Shown here: positions 12,246 to 22,837 of the stretch, one piece after another
Numbering within the stretch: the stretch's first letter is position 1
Layout: each line of letters starts with the position of its first letter
Assembly (NCBI GenBank): GCA_963799825.1
Contig: CAWCYL010000006.1
Coordinates: 214,329-278,328 of the forward strand
Length of the DNA: 64,000 nt
From: an uncultured Alphaproteobacteria bacterium
Lineage (GTDB): Bacteria > Pseudomonadota > Alphaproteobacteria > Acetobacterales > Acetobacteraceae
Reading direction: 5' to 3'
The notes under the pieces: model-generated
Database searches by the model: none
Told to the model about the DNA's origin: nothing
What the model saw: only the letters and a program-made list of their open reading frames with translations
Made by a program: the position numbers and the translations under genes

Positions 12246-13668
12246 TTCTATGTCGAAACCTGCTCCAGCACCGCACCGCGATTGCCGGATGCCCATGAAG
12301 CGGATCAGCACCGCCGGCAGCAGGGCGCCGGGGACGATGATCCACAGGATCCAGCCGAGATGGTTCGGCCCCATGACGTAGAGCGGCCCGAGCAAGGTCA
12401 CACCCGCCCAGGCGCCGAGATGGCCGACCCCGTCGGTCCAGGCGAAGGCCCGCGAGCGGATGCGCGTCGGGTAGGCGACGGCGGTGTAGTTGTACAGGTT
12501 GAACAGATAGAGCCCGGTGCCGATCCGGCTGACGATGTAGGCGAGCGGCGATCACCAGCAGATCCGGGACCGCCCAGGCGACCACCCACGAGGCCGCGAA
12601 AAGCACGCCCATCGCGAAGATCACCTCGCGCCGCTCGACGCGCTCGCCAAGCCGCGCATTGACCAGGAAGCCGACGAACAGCGCGGCGTAGGCGATCGCG
12701 ATGGTGAGGAACACGAAATGCGGCGTGGCGCCATTGTCCACCATGAAGACCGCGGCGAACGCGCCGACGCCGTAGATCAGCCCGGCATAGCCGAGCACCC
12801 ACACGACGATCAGCAGCAGGGTGCGGCTGCGATACTGCGGGTTGGTGAACAGCTCGCGCCAGCTGCTCTTGCCGGCGTGGATAACCGGATTGCGCGAGGG
12901 GTCCGGCGCGGGCAGCGGTGCCGCGCTGTGCCGCTGGCAGCGCCGCTCGTACTCGGTCATCACGCGCTCCGCCTCCTCGTGACGCCCGTGCGCCTCGAGC
13001 CAGCGCGGGCTCTCCGGCAGCAGCCACCACAGCAGCGGCAGCAGGATGACGATCTCCACCGCCGCGCTGACCCAGAGGAACAGCTGCCACTGCCCCGGGA
13101 TCCAGGCGAAGGCCAGCAGGTTGACCCCGACGGCGACCAGCGCGGTGATGCCCTGCGAGGTCAGCAGCACGCGGCCGCGCGCTTCGGGCGAGGTCATCTC
13201 GGAGAGGTACACCGAGTGCGTCGCCACGATCCCGCCGACGCCGAGCGTGCTGACCACCGAGAGCGCCACCATCGGCCAGAATTCGGTGACGTAGGCGAAC
13301 GGCCAGATGCAGATGCCGCCGAGCAGCGTGGACAGCAGGATCGCGGGCCGGCGGCCGTAGCGGTCGGCCACCCAGCTCATGATGAACACGCCGAGCAGCA
13401 CGCCGAGCCCGACCTGCAGCGCCTGGATCACCGCGTACTGCTCGACGGTGATGATGTGGTTGGGCCGCCAGACGAACGGATAGAGCCGCGCGCCGATCCC
13501 GTCGGTATCGAACACGATGAAGCCCCAGGTGACTTCGACAAGGATGGCGAGCTGCCACTGCACGCGCGTGAGCGGCAGCCGATCGACCCGCGCCGCCATG
13601 AGGCCGCCGAAGGTGGTGCGGGCGGCAGGTGTGGTCAGCGGCGCGCTCGACCGAGACGTTTCCTCCAT
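12219..13668 (-). CDS. MFS transporter; one apparent frameshift near 12545
   Basis: MEETSRS... start at 13668. About 12 hydrophobic segments and the motif ADRYGRRP. The frame switches from ...AWAVPDLLVIA to LAYIVSRIGTGLYLFNLYNYTAVAYPTRIRSRAFAWTDGVGHLGAW... (ORF 12219..12401 frame). Confidence 0.8.
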
Positions 13669-14040
13669 CGGCTTCTTGCTCCTCGTTGGCGGCGTCTGCC
13701 CCGATAGCGTCCGGCAGCTTAGGCGCGGAGCGTATTGAACCGTCAATGTTTCCGTACGGCGTCCGATCGGCGGCGGGGCATTGACGCATCGCACATAGGC
13801 CACAGGTTTGTGTTCGGCCAAAGTCCGAGGATTCAGCTCCGAATCCTTGCTATCGCCCCGTCGGATCCATACAGTCTTGTGCACTGCAGCAATCGGTATT
13901 GGGCGCATCTCATTCGGCGGAGCAGCGGCGGAGAGCCGCTGACACTAGGACGTGACGGTGGGATGGATCAGCAGTGCCTGCGGGCGCGCCGGCTGCTATC
14001 GCCGACGCAGCGAAGCAACTTAGCCAGGAAAGACACGAAA

Positions 14041-15298
14041 ATGACTTTACGCACCCTGATGCAGGCTGGCCCTGCCAAGGCGAACGAGCTGTTTACGAGG
14101 CTGGCCGAGACCTCGGACGGGGCGGTGAAGACCCGCGAGCGCCTGTTCGCGGAACTCAAGGCCGAACTCGAGACCCACACGGACCTCGAGGAGCAGCATC
14201 TGTATCCGGTGCTCCGCAAGAACGCGGAGACGAAGGAGCTCGTGGCAGGCGCCATCAAGGACAACAAGGATCTGCGCGCACGGCTCGTCGAGCTGGATTC
14301 GCTTCCCAAGAACGACGAGGCGTTCCTCGGCAAGCTTACGGACCTACGCAAGGCATTTCGCCAGCACGCGCGCGACGAGACGAAGGAACTCCTGGCGGCG
14401 GTCCAGAAGGCGTTGAGCGAGGAGCAAGTCCAGGGCATCACCGAGCGGATGGAGACCAGCCTGGCCGAAACCGAGCAAGCCAGGCTTGACCAGGACGAGG
14501 AGAGGCGCGCGGCTGCCCGGCGCGAGCGCGAGCAGGCCGAGCTGCGGGCGCGCGGAGGAGGATGCGGACGAGCGGGAATCGTGGGAACAGGGCGAGAGCA
14601 GGCGCGCCAACTTGAGGCTGCCGAGCGCGAGATCGGCAGGTTGCCGCGCGCCGGACGCGCGAGGCGGCGCTGCACACGGCCGACACGGTGGTGCGGGGAG
14701 CCGAGGCCGCCACGGACAGCGCGCGCCAGATCATCCAGGGTGTCGCCGAGAGCGCACAGCGCGTCGCCGCGGCGACGCCGAGCACGGGCTTCATGTTCTG
14801 GGACATGTGGCTTGGCATGGCTCGGCTGCAGCCGAGCCGGCCGGCTTCCAGCCGTGGCGCCGACTTCTCGTATGCCGATACGGCCAAGCGGGACACGGCC
14901 GGCAACGAACACGTGATCGCGCTCGCCGAGGAGATCCTGACCGTCGGCACGCGGAAAGTGAGTAACGGCACGACGCGCGTCCGCCGCTACGTGGTCGAAA
15001 CCCCGGTGGAACGGCAGGTGACTTGGTCCGGGAGCGCGTGGTCGTGGAGCGGCGCCGGCCGGTGACCGACAAACTCACCGGCGAGATGCTGACGGAGCTC
15101 ACCGTCGAGGTGACGGAGACGGACGAGGTTCCGGTAGTGGGCAAGGCCATGCGCCTGAAGGAGGAGATCGTCGTCCGCACGGAGCGTACGGAGCACGTCG
15201 AAACCGTGCGGGGCACCGTGCGGCAGGACGAGGTGGAGATCGAGCGGGCCGACGACAGGGGCTCCGTTCGTCGTCTGCGCAATCCTGCACAGGCGTAA
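14041..15298 (+). CDS. composite reading frame: hemerythrin HHE cation-binding domain, coiled-coil/phasin-like middle and a YsnF/AvaK DUF2382 C-terminal domain; at least 3 frame changes, could be one fused gene or two genes
   Basis: MTLRTLMQAGPAKANELFTRLAETSDGAVKTRERLFAELKAELETHTDLEEQHLYPVL... is the hemerythrin-like part. EEILTVGTRKVSNGTTRVRRYVVETPVERQVT then RERVVVERRRPVTD...VVGKAMRLKEEIVVRTERTEHVETVRGTVRQDEVEIE is the DUF2382 pattern. The pieces lie in ORFs 13735..14916, 14486..14965, 14688..15065 and 15023..15298. Confidence 0.65.
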
Positions 15299-15308
15299 CT
15301 AATCTGGC

Positions 15309-15336
15309 CTGGATGGGGGCGCGCGCCCCCATCCAG
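15309..15336. terminator. perfect 28-bp palindrome CTGGATGGGGGCGC/GCGCCCCCATCCAG between convergent genes; bidirectional terminator candidate
   Basis: The 14-nt arms are exact reverse complements. It lies between the stop at 15298 (+) and the stop at 15364 (-). Confidence 0.6.
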
Positions 15337-15363
15337 TGCGCCGGTTGCATCCGAGGCGGGCGG

Positions 15364-16057
15364 TCAGGCCCGGAAGATGAAGTTGTCCAGGGAGGCGTCT
15401 GACGGCTCCACCGGCCGCATACGGCCGTTCTCCGCGACATAGCCTCGGTATCCCAGGGGCTCCAGGAACGCCCTGATCGACTCCAGGGCACCGGGCCGGT
15501 GTTCGTCGCTGGCTTCGATCAGCAGGGCCGGATGGCACGCGCGGAGCAGCCCCTCGGCACCACGCAGCACCGCCAGCTCGTGGCCCTCCACGTCGATCTT
15601 GATGAAGCCCACATCGCCGAGCGTCTCACCGTCCAGCCGCCGCGTCTCGACGTCGACCGGGGATGCCTCCCGGCCGCCGAGTTCGTTGGCTTGCCTCGAT
15701 CGTGCTGCGGCCGTGATCCGATGGCACGCGCAGCATCGCGACGCCGGGCTTGTCCGACAGGGCGCATCGACGCACCTCGACCGAGCGCGAGCGCCGGAAT
15801 ACGCGCTCCAGCCGCGCCGCGAGATCGGGGTTCGGCTCGTAGGCGATCACCCGCGCGGAATGCTTGCGGAGCAGCAGCGTGTAGCCGCCGAGATTGGCGC
15901 CGACATCGACGGAGGGGCGCGTGCGGTCGCAGAGCAGCGGCAGGAACGCGGCCTCCGGCTCGTGGCCGGCCAGCAGGCCGGCGGCGTAGCGGGCGGTCGT
16001 CTTGCGTTCCCACCTGCGCTTGCGGAGTTCGGACGGGACGAGGGAGGCCAGGCGCAT
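15364..16057 (-). CDS. FkbM-family methyltransferase; one apparent frameshift near 15690
   Basis: VDVGANLGGYTLLLRKHSARVIAYEPNP (ORF 15626..16057) and GFIKIDVEGHELAVLRGAEGLL (ORF 15364..15612) are the two hallmark FkbM blocks. Confidence 0.8.
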
Positions 16058-16140
16058 GCGGGCTATTCTTTCGCGGCGGAATTTCGGAATGGTTTACGGG
16101 CGGGCGGATACCCGTGCATACCGGGAATAGGCGGCGAGCC

Positions 16141-17360
16141 CTAATCCGCCCGCACCAGCCGCACCGGCAGGCTCGCCAGCCCGCGCAGCGTGTTGTTGTA
16201 GCGACGGCGGACCGGTCCGGTGATCTCGATCGCCGCGACTTTCCGCGCCAGCGGCGCCGAGCACCATCTCGCCCTCCAGCCGCGCCAGCACCTGACCGAC
16301 GCAGCCGTGGATGCCGGTGCCGAAGCCGACATGTCCGGCGTTGGGGCGGGCGATGTCGTATTCCTCCGGCCGCTCCCAGCGGCGCGGGTCGCGATTGGCG
16401 GCGCCCAGGAACATCAGCACCTTCTCGCCCTCGCCGACCGGCACGCCGGCGATCTCGGTCGGGCGGGTGGTGGTGCGGAAGAACGTCTGCACCGGGCTCT
16501 CGTAGCGCACCGCCTCCTCGAACGCGGCGCGCGCCAGCGAGGGGTCGGCGCGCAGCCGGGCGAACTGGTCGGGGAAGCGCGCGAGACAGTAGAGCGCCGC
16601 GCCGAGCCCGCTGACAGTGGTGTCCACGCCCGCCGTCAGCACCGAGCGCACCACCAGCGGCGCCTCCTCGGCGGTCAGTTCGCCTGTGTCGGCGGCGGCG
16701 TGGATCGCGGCGCCGAAGCCCTCGGGGGCAAGCGCGTCGCGCCGCGACTGCGCCTGCACCCAGGCGATCACCGGGGCGGCGTCCTTGACCGCCTCGTCAA
16801 AGAACGCATTGCGCGGCCCGAACGAGTTGAACACCATGTTGCCGTAGGGCAGCAGGTAGCGCCGGTTCTCGCGCGGCATCCCGACCGCGTCGGGGAACAC
16901 CGCCAGCGGGTAGGCTTCCGCGAGATCGGGGATGGCGTCGAACTCGCCGCGATCGAGCAACTCGTCGATCAGCGCGTCGGCGGCCTGCGCAAATCCGCGC
17001 GCGCAGGCCGCGCATGGCGGCGGGAGAGAGCACGCGGTCGAGCACGCGGCGGGTGCGGTCGTGCAGCGGCGGATCGGTTTCCAGCACCAGGCTGGGTAGC
17101 CGCCAGGGCTTTTCCTTGGCGAAGTCCGACAGGCCGGCGCCGCGCGCGGAGGAAAATGTCTGCCAATCGTTGAGCACGGCGTGGACCTGCTCGTGGCGCG
17201 CCACCGCGAGCACGCCGTAGCGCGACAGCCGCACCACCGGCCCGGCCTCGCGCAGCTCGTCGTGGATCGGGTGCGGGTTCTCGAAGAAGGCGGCGGAGAA
17301 CGGATCGGCGTCCGACACCGGCACGGCTTGCGTCGATGGAGCCGTCGATGGAGCGTTCAT
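16141..17360 (-). CDS. cytochrome P450; two apparent frameshifts (near 16990 and 16255)
   Basis: Heme-binding loop FGTGIHGCVGQ, I-helix LTAGVDTT and EAVRYESP. The N-terminus is in ORF 16797..17360, the core in 16094..16960 and the tail (ARKVAAIEITGPVRRRYNNTLRGLASLPVRL) in 16141..16332. Confidence 0.9.
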
Positions 17361-17390
17361 GCGCGCGCCTCCTCCCTGATGCCGGGGAGG

Positions 17391-17618
17391 CTAGCCGTCC
17401 TGACGCGAGGAGGCGAGCTTCGCGCGTCCCGCGTCGGTGAGCGTCACGACGCTGCCCTCGAAGCGCACGAGCCCATCAGCGAGTGCGTCCTCCCAGATCG
17501 ACAAGCGCGGACAGCTGCTCTGCCAGGCGTCCATCACATCAGCGCGCCGGCGTTCGCCGGCCGATACCCAGGCAAGGAATTGCTGGGTCAAGGCGCGGGC
17601 AGGCGGGGAGCAGTGCAT
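17391..17618 (-). CDS. hypothetical small protein (75 aa)
   Basis: ORF with high third-position GC, in an otherwise unassigned gap. No recognisable domain. Confidence 0.35.
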   Translation of the reverse strand: MHCSPPARALTQQFLAWVSAGERRRADVMDAWQSSCPRLSIWEDALADGLVRFEGSVVTLTDAGRAKLASSRQDG

Positions 17619-17839
17619 CAGGCATTGCTGGTCTCCCTGGTGATCATCCGTCTAGGCGCGGAAGCGAACTATTGCCGATCGCGGATCAGGCCGCCGGGAC
17701 GAGCTGATCGCCGTTGTCGCCTAGGACGGCCGCGGTCGAGAGCGCGGGCCGAGCCCGATGGTTGATGCTCAGCCCCCCGCCCCCACCTCCCTCGCGACGT
17801 TGCGGCAAGCTCGCGGCGCTGCTCGGCTGGATTGAACCC

Positions 17840-18550
17840 TCAGCGCCGGACGAAGCGCCAGTAGAGCGGCCGCCTACCTTCTCGCAGCGCCTTGGCCTCG
17901 TAGCGGGTCGGCGGCCAGCCGTCCGGGCGGTGGTCCGCCGGCGGGGTTGTCATGAACAGCGTCTGCCCGGCCATCACCTCGGCGACCCAGGCCTGGTAGG
18001 TCGGGTCGTCGCTCGCCACACGCCACTCCGCGCCTGGATTGAGCACGCGGGCGAGCTCGGGCAGTTGCGCCGGGTGGACGAAGCGGCGCTTGGCGTGGCG
18101 GGATTTGGGCCAGGGGTCGGGGAACAGGAGAAACAAGCGGTCGAGGCAGACGTCGGGCAGCAGGCGAAGCAGGCTGCGGGCGTCCTCGGTCCACAGGCGG
18201 AGGTTCGGCGGGACGGGCGCGGTGGCCTCGGCGCCCACCGGCACGACGCGGGAGAGCAGCGAGCACACACCGTTCTCGAACACCTCGCAGGCGATCAGGC
18301 CCGCCTTGGGGTGTGCGGCGACCTGCGCCAGGGCGTGCTCGCCGCCGCCGAAGCCGACTTCGAGCCATAGTTCGTCCACGGATGCCGCGAACGCGGCGCG
18401 CGGGTCGGCGGCCTGCTCGGGGCGCAGCGCGAGGCGGGGCAGCGTGACATCCAGCAGCAGGCGCTGGCGCGGGCGGAGCGCGTGGCCGCGCGCGCGGCCG
18501 TAGAGCCGGTCGGGAGGTGGCTTGATCGGGGGCGGCGGCGCGCCGCTCAG
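17840..18550 (-). CDS. trmB: tRNA (guanine-N7)-methyltransferase TrmB; start unresolved
   Basis: [12 protein letters not shown]...[16 protein letters not shown]...[10 protein letters not shown]. The conserved N-terminal [16 protein letters not shown] lies upstream of the listed ORF start. The frame is open back to a CTG at 18550 that overlaps the metK TGA, with no ATG, GTG or TTG in frame. Confidence 0.85.
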   Translation of the reverse strand: MSGAPPPPIKPPPDRLYGRARGHALRPRQRLLLDVTLPRLALRPEQAADPRAAFAASVDELWLEVGFGGGEHALAQVAAHPKAGLIACEVFENGVCSLLSRVVPVGAEATAPVPPNLRLWTEDARSLLRLLPDVCLDRLFLLFPDPWPKSRHAKRRFVHPAQLPELARVLNPGAEWRVASDDPTYQAWVAEVMAGQTLFMTTPPADHRPDGWPPTRYEAKALREGRRPLYWRFVRR

Positions 18551-19734
18551 CGGTGGAAGGCCGCCTTCAGGCCGGGGACCAGGTCGGTCTTCTCCCAGGA
18601 GAAGGTTCCGCGGTCGGAGTCGGGCTCGCGGCCGAAATGGCCGTAGGCGGAGGTCGCGACATAGATCGGCCGGTTGAGCTGCAGATGCTCGCGGATGCCG
18701 CGCGGCGAGAGGTCCATCAGCTCGCGCAGGGTGCGCTCCAGCCGCGTCTCGTCCACGTCGTGCCCAGTGCCGTGCAGGTCAACGTAGACCGACAGCGGAT
18801 GCGACACGCCGATCGCGTAACTGATCTGCAAGGTGCATTTCTCCGCCAGACCGGCGGCGACCACGTTCTTGGCGAGATAGCGGCAGGCATAAGCCGCGCT
18901 GCGGTCCACCTTGGTCGGATCCTTGCCGCTGAACGCGCCGCCGCCATGCGGGGCGGCGCCGCCATAGGTGTCGACGATGATCTTGCGTCCGGTCAGGCCG
19001 CAATCGCCGTCCGGCCCGCCGATCACGAATTTTCCGGTGGGGTTGACGTAGAACTCGCGCTCGGAGGGCATCCAGCCCTTGGGCAGGCTGCTCTCGACGA
19101 TCGGCCACAGCAGGCGCTTGATCTCGGCCTGCTCCAGATGGTCCTCGTGCTGGGTCGAGACCACCACGGAGGTGGCGCCGACCGGCTTGCCGTCGACGTA
19201 GCGCAGCGTGACCTGGCTCTTGGCGTCGGGCAGCAGGCCCGCCGCGCCCTGGTCGCCGTTGCGGCGCAGCTCGCTCATCCGACGCAGGATCAGGTGGGCG
19301 TAGTAGATCGGCGCCGGCATCAGGGTCTCGGTCTCGCGGCAGGCGTAGCCGAACATGATGCCCTGGTCGCCGGCGCCCTCGTCCTTGTTGCCCTCGGCGT
19401 CGACGCCCTGGGCGATGTCGGCGGATTGCGCGTGCAGATGGCACTCGACCGCGGCGTTGCGCCACGAGAAGCCGGCCTGGTCGTAGCCGATGTCGTGGAT
19501 CGCCAGGCGGACGAGGTGGGTCAGCAGCTCCGGCGTCACCGTCTCGGGCCCGCGCACCTCGCCGCCGAGCACCACGCGGTTGGTGGTGACGAGGGTTTCG
19601 CAGGCGACGCGGCTATACGGGTCGGCGGTCAGGAAGGCGTCCAGCACCGTGTCGCTGATCCGGTCCGCGACCTTGTCGGGATGGCCCTCGGAGACGGATT
19701 CGGAGGTGAACAGGAACTCGCCCGTGTCGCGCAT
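18547..19734 (-). CDS. metK: S-adenosylmethionine synthetase
   Basis: Intact ORF with [34 protein letters not shown] and [19 protein letters not shown]. The likely start is MRDTGEF at 19734; the longest ORF starts at 19764. Confidence 0.96.
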   Translation of the reverse strand: MRDTGEFLFTSESVSEGHPDKVADRISDTVLDAFLTADPYSRVACETLVTTNRVVLGGEVRGPETVTPELLTHLVRLAIHDIGYDQAGFSWRNAAVECHLHAQSADIAQGVDAEGNKDEGAGDQGIMFGYACRETETLMPAPIYYAHLILRRMSELRRNGDQGAAGLLPDAKSQVTLRYVDGKPVGATSVVVSTQHEDHLEQAEIKRLLWPIVESSLPKGWMPSEREFYVNPTGKFVIGGPDGDCGLTGRKIIVDTYGGAAPHGGGAFSGKDPTKVDRSAAYACRYLAKNVVAAGLAEKCTLQISYAIGVSHPLSVYVDLHGTGHDVDETRLERTLRELMDLSPRGIREHLQLNRPIYVATSAYGHFGREPDSDRGTFSWEKTDLVPGLKAAFHR

Positions 19735-19836
19735 GGGGTCTGGGTCCTCGGGATCGCGGAGCATGGCCCGGCACGTCCGGCCGCCGCCCCGGCCGGCTGC
19801 CGGGCGGGGCGTGTGTGACGGAAATCCTTGGCAGAA

Positions 19837-20256
19837 TCAAGCCGCGCCCGTGCTGGAAGCGGATGGGATGTCGGTCTTGGTGAAATCGTCGCCTTCGAAT
19901 AGCAGGGTCGCCCGATGGTTCTTCGCCATCGCATAGGCAAAGCAGTCGCCAAGGTTGAGCCGGGCGGGATGCCCGCGGCCTTTCCCGTACCGCGCGGACG
20001 CATCGAGCGCCGTCTCCGCCTCCATGTCGGCGATCGGAACGATGCGGATGCCGGCCGCGCCGAGGAACTCCCGAACGTCCGCGAGTGCCTCGGTCACGCT
20101 CGCATGTCGTTTTCGGCAGAGACCCAACGTTGCCTCGAACACCGCGACCGGCGAGGTGATGGGAGCGCGCGCGCCGTCCAGCTGATCCGCGAGTGTGTCA
20201 GCCTCGGGCTCGCCGGTCAGGACGGCAATGATCGCCGAGGCGTCAACGAACATCAC
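19837..20256 (-). CDS. vapC: type II toxin VapC (PIN domain)
   Basis: MMFVDASAIIAVLTGEPEA...LNLGDCFAYAMAKNHRATLLFEGDDFTKTDI, a canonical PIN/VapC layout. The ATG overlaps the upstream antitoxin stop (ATGA). Confidence 0.88.
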   Translation of the reverse strand: MMFVDASAIIAVLTGEPEADTLADQLDGARAPITSPVAVFEATLGLCRKRHASVTEALADVREFLGAAGIRIVPIADMEAETALDASARYGKGRGHPARLNLGDCFAYAMAKNHRATLLFEGDDFTKTDIPSASSTGAA

Positions 20257-20492
20257 AAATCGCCGCTGAGCGCGTCGAAAAATGCCTTGTCGGCTTCATG
20301 CCCCGTCGGCGGCCGGGATAGCACGCGCTGCTGCAACGGGCGAAGTCGAACTCTCAGAGGCAGGGCCTCGTCGAGACGGCGCAGCTCGTTCTCCAGAGCC
20401 AATTTGACCGCCTCCGTCTTGGTGACATGCACGCGATCGGCCAGTGCCTTGGCGAGCCGGTTGACCTCGTCATTGCGAATATTGAGCGGCAT
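20253..20492 (-). CDS. vapB: type II antitoxin VapB-like
   Basis: MPLNIRNDEVNRLAKALADRVHVTKTEAVKLALENELRRL (ATG at 20492), an antitoxin fold pattern of the VapB family. The gene is coupled to vapC. Confidence 0.8.
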   Translation of the reverse strand: MPLNIRNDEVNRLAKALADRVHVTKTEAVKLALENELRRLDEALPLRVRLRPLQQRVLSRPPTGHEADKAFFDALSGDL

Positions 20493-20550
20493 AGGCTTGG
20501 CTCCGTGTACACGCGATGACAATAATGCGTTGGCGTGATGGCAGCAAGAC

Positions 20551-21313
20551 CTACCTTGGCATCCCCAGCACGTCCGCCATGCCATAGCGCCCCGGCGGGC
20601 GGTCCTTGAGCCAAAGTGCGGCGCGCACCGCGCCGGTCGCGAACACCCTTCGGTCGAAGGCGCGGTGGGTCAGGGAAATGTGCTCGCTGGCGGAGGCGAA
20701 GATCAGGGTGTGCTCACCGACCACCTGGCCGGCGCGGAGCGCGGCGAAGCCGATCGCGCCGGTGCGGCGCGGGCCGGTGTGGCCGTCGCGGCCGCTCTGC
20801 ATCACCTCGGGCAGCGCGACGCCTCGCCCGGCGGCGACCGCGCGGCCCATGCCGATCGCGGTGCCGGAGGGCGCGTCGACCTTCTGACGGTGGTGCATCT
20901 CAAGGATCTCGGCGTCGTAGCCCTCGGCCGGCAGGGCGGCGCCCATGCGCTCGGCCAACGCCAGCACGAGGTTCACGCCGGGAGCGAAATTCGACGCATA
21001 GACGACGGGAATGCGCCGGGCGGCGGCCTCGACCGCCGCCTCATCCTCGGCCGACAGGCCGGAGGTGCCGAGCACCCAGGGCTTCCCGGCATCGGCCAGC
21101 GCCCGGCCGTGCGCCTGCGCCGCGGCGGCATGGGTAAAGTCGATCACCACCTCGGCGGCACGCGCCAGGGCAGCGATATCGGGGAGCAGGTCCGGCGCCG
21201 GCACCCGTCCGGCCGATGCCGCCGGCGAGGGTGGCACCCGCCGCGGCGACCTCCTCGACCAGCAGCCGGCCCATCCGGCCGGTGATCCCGGCGATGCCGA
21301 TGCGCGTGCTCAT
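20551..21313 (-). CDS. dapB: 4-hydroxy-tetrahydrodipicolinate reductase; one apparent frameshift near 21220
   Basis: MSTRIGIAGITGRMGRLLVEEV (ATG at 21313), then VVIDFTHAAAAQAH...NFAPGVNLV...EILEMHHRQKVDAPSGTA...RAGQVVGEHTLIF (ORF 20551..21237). Confidence 0.92.
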
Positions 21314-21440
21314 GCGGCGTTCCCCCCTGGGCGTGCGACCGCGATCCTGCGGGAAGGTCGGCTTCGCCGTCCAGCGCAGACAAAACGGGGCGGACCCCGC
21401 AGGATCCGCCCCGCCGTCAACCCGGACTCTTTTTCTATGT

Positions 21441-21827
21441 CTACGGAATCGCGTTCCAGTACGGCTCGGCCCGGTAGTAGTCGTGCACGCGGCGGCCCCA
21501 GGCGGGATCCTCCCAGGCCACCGTCTCGTCGTCGGCATAGGCCGGCGAGCCTTCCAGCATCGAGCGGTCGAGGTTGACCACGTAGCCGCCGAGCCCGGTG
21601 TCGTAGCGCAGCGTGGACCACGGCAGCGGATGGTGCTTGTCGCCGATGCCAAGGAAGCCGCCGAAGCTCAGGATGGCGTAGGCGATACGGCCGGATGTCT
21701 TGTCGATCATCACGTCATCGACGGTGCCGAGCCGCTCGCCCTGGGGATCGTAGACGGCGGTGCCCGACACCTGGTCGCCGGCGATCAGGCTGCCGGAAGG
21801 GTTGGCGGGGTCGTGGATCGAGGCCAT
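21441..21827 (-). CDS. PRC-barrel domain protein
   Basis: MASIHDP...VSGTAVYDPQGERLGTVDDVMIDKTSGRIAYAILSFGGFLGIGDKHHPLPWSTLRYD. AAAGGAGACC precedes the ATG at 21827. Only the last 128 codons of ORF 21441..22832 are credible. Confidence 0.85.
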   Translation of the reverse strand: MASIHDPANPSGSLIAGDQVSGTAVYDPQGERLGTVDDVMIDKTSGRIAYAILSFGGFLGIGDKHHPLPWSTLRYDTGLGGYVVNLDRSMLEGSPAYADDETVAWEDPAWGRRVHDYYRAEPYWNAIP

Positions 21828-22073
21828 CGGGGTCTCCTTTGGCTGAAACAGAGCCGGGCGCCGGAGCGGCGCGGCCATCCACGGTCCAGCTTCCGCCGAA
21901 CCTCCGGCCGCGCCGCCGGCACCCGGTCCGCGGCGCAGGTGGGGGGGACGGCGCCGCAGATGCCAACCGGAACGCCGCCCCTCCGATCCGGTTGCGTCAC
22001 GCTTGGGAGAGCAGCTAGAGGAAGGGGACGGGCCAGGCACGACGATTGGGCGGGCACGACGACCGCGGAGGAC

Positions 22074-22688
22074 ATGATGGACGGGATCGCCGATCACGAG
22101 ACGCTGCGGGCGCATTACGGGGCGATCAGCGCGCTCGCCGAGCGCAAGGTGATCCCTCGGCTCGACCGCCATGCCCGTGCCTTCATCGGGCTCTCGCCGT
22201 TCCTCGTGCTGGCGACGGTCGACGACCACGGCCGGGCGGACGCCAGCCCGCGCGGCGACGCGCCGGGCTTCGTGCTGGTGCTCGACGACACCACGCTGCT
22301 GCTGCCCGACCGGCCCGGCAACAACCGGGTGGATAGCTTCGGCAACGTGGTCGCGCGCTCCGGCGTGGGGCTGATCTTCCTGGTTCCCGGCATCGACGAG
22401 ACGCTGCGGGTGAACGGCACCGCCCGCGTGACGACCGACCCCGCGCTGCTCGCCCGGGCGGAGGCGCAGGGCAAGCTGCCCAAGGCGGGGCTGGTGATCG
22501 ACGTGCAGGAGGTGTTCTTCCACTGCGCCAAGGCGCTGAAACGCGCGAAGCTGTGGGACGCCGGGCGCCACGTCGCACGCAGCGGCTTTCCCACGCTCGG
22601 CCGCATCATCGCCGACCAGACCGGCGCCTGCGACGCGGCGGAAGCCGACGCGCGGATCGAGGAGAGCTACCGGACGCGGCTGTATTGA
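22074..22688 (+). CDS. pyridoxamine 5'-phosphate oxidase (PPOX)-family FMN-binding protein
   Basis: MMDGIADHETLRAHYGAISALAERKVIPRLDRHARAFIGLSPFLVLATVD...GLIFLVPGIDETLRVNGTARV. Only the 3' 205 codons of ORF 21216..22688 are credible. Confidence 0.8.
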   Translation: MMDGIADHETLRAHYGAISALAERKVIPRLDRHARAFIGLSPFLVLATVDDHGRADASPRGDAPGFVLVLDDTTLLLPDRPGNNRVDSFGNVVARSGVGLIFLVPGIDETLRVNGTARVTTDPALLARAEAQGKLPKAGLVIDVQEVFFHCAKALKRAKLWDAGRHVARSGFPTLGRIIADQTGACDAAEADARIEESYRTRLY

Positions 22689-22837
22689 GTTCTGCCGGTT
22701 GGCATGCGCCGAGAAACGGCGGGTCCAATGCCGACAGGCTCGGGCGTGCCCGCCCGGCCGGTGGTGGCTTATGGGGCGGCGACGAGCCTGAGGATCGTCA
22801 TCCCCTTGGCCGCCCCCCTTGCAATTGCCCATAGCAG

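Noticed and set aside
12136-13908. N- and C-terminal extensions of the MFS ORF (590 aa as listed).
   Set aside because: The first 80 codons precede the conserved start (the ATG at 13668) and run through the lower-GC promoter region. The last roughly 130 codons are an out-of-frame read-through after the frame change near 12545.
19735-19836. Possible SAM-responsive riboswitch (SAM-II, SAM-V or SAM/SAH) in the metK 5' region.
   Set aside because: I could not find the conserved pseudoknot elements by eye, and the region is only about 70-100 nt and very GC-rich. It would need a covariance-model scan, so no claim is made.
21441-22832. 463-aa minus-strand ORF spanning the PRC-barrel gene and the antisense of the PPOX-like gene.
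   Set aside because: Only the last 128 codons, from the ATG at 21827 with a good RBS, look like a protein. The rest overlaps a convincing plus-strand gene and is low-complexity.
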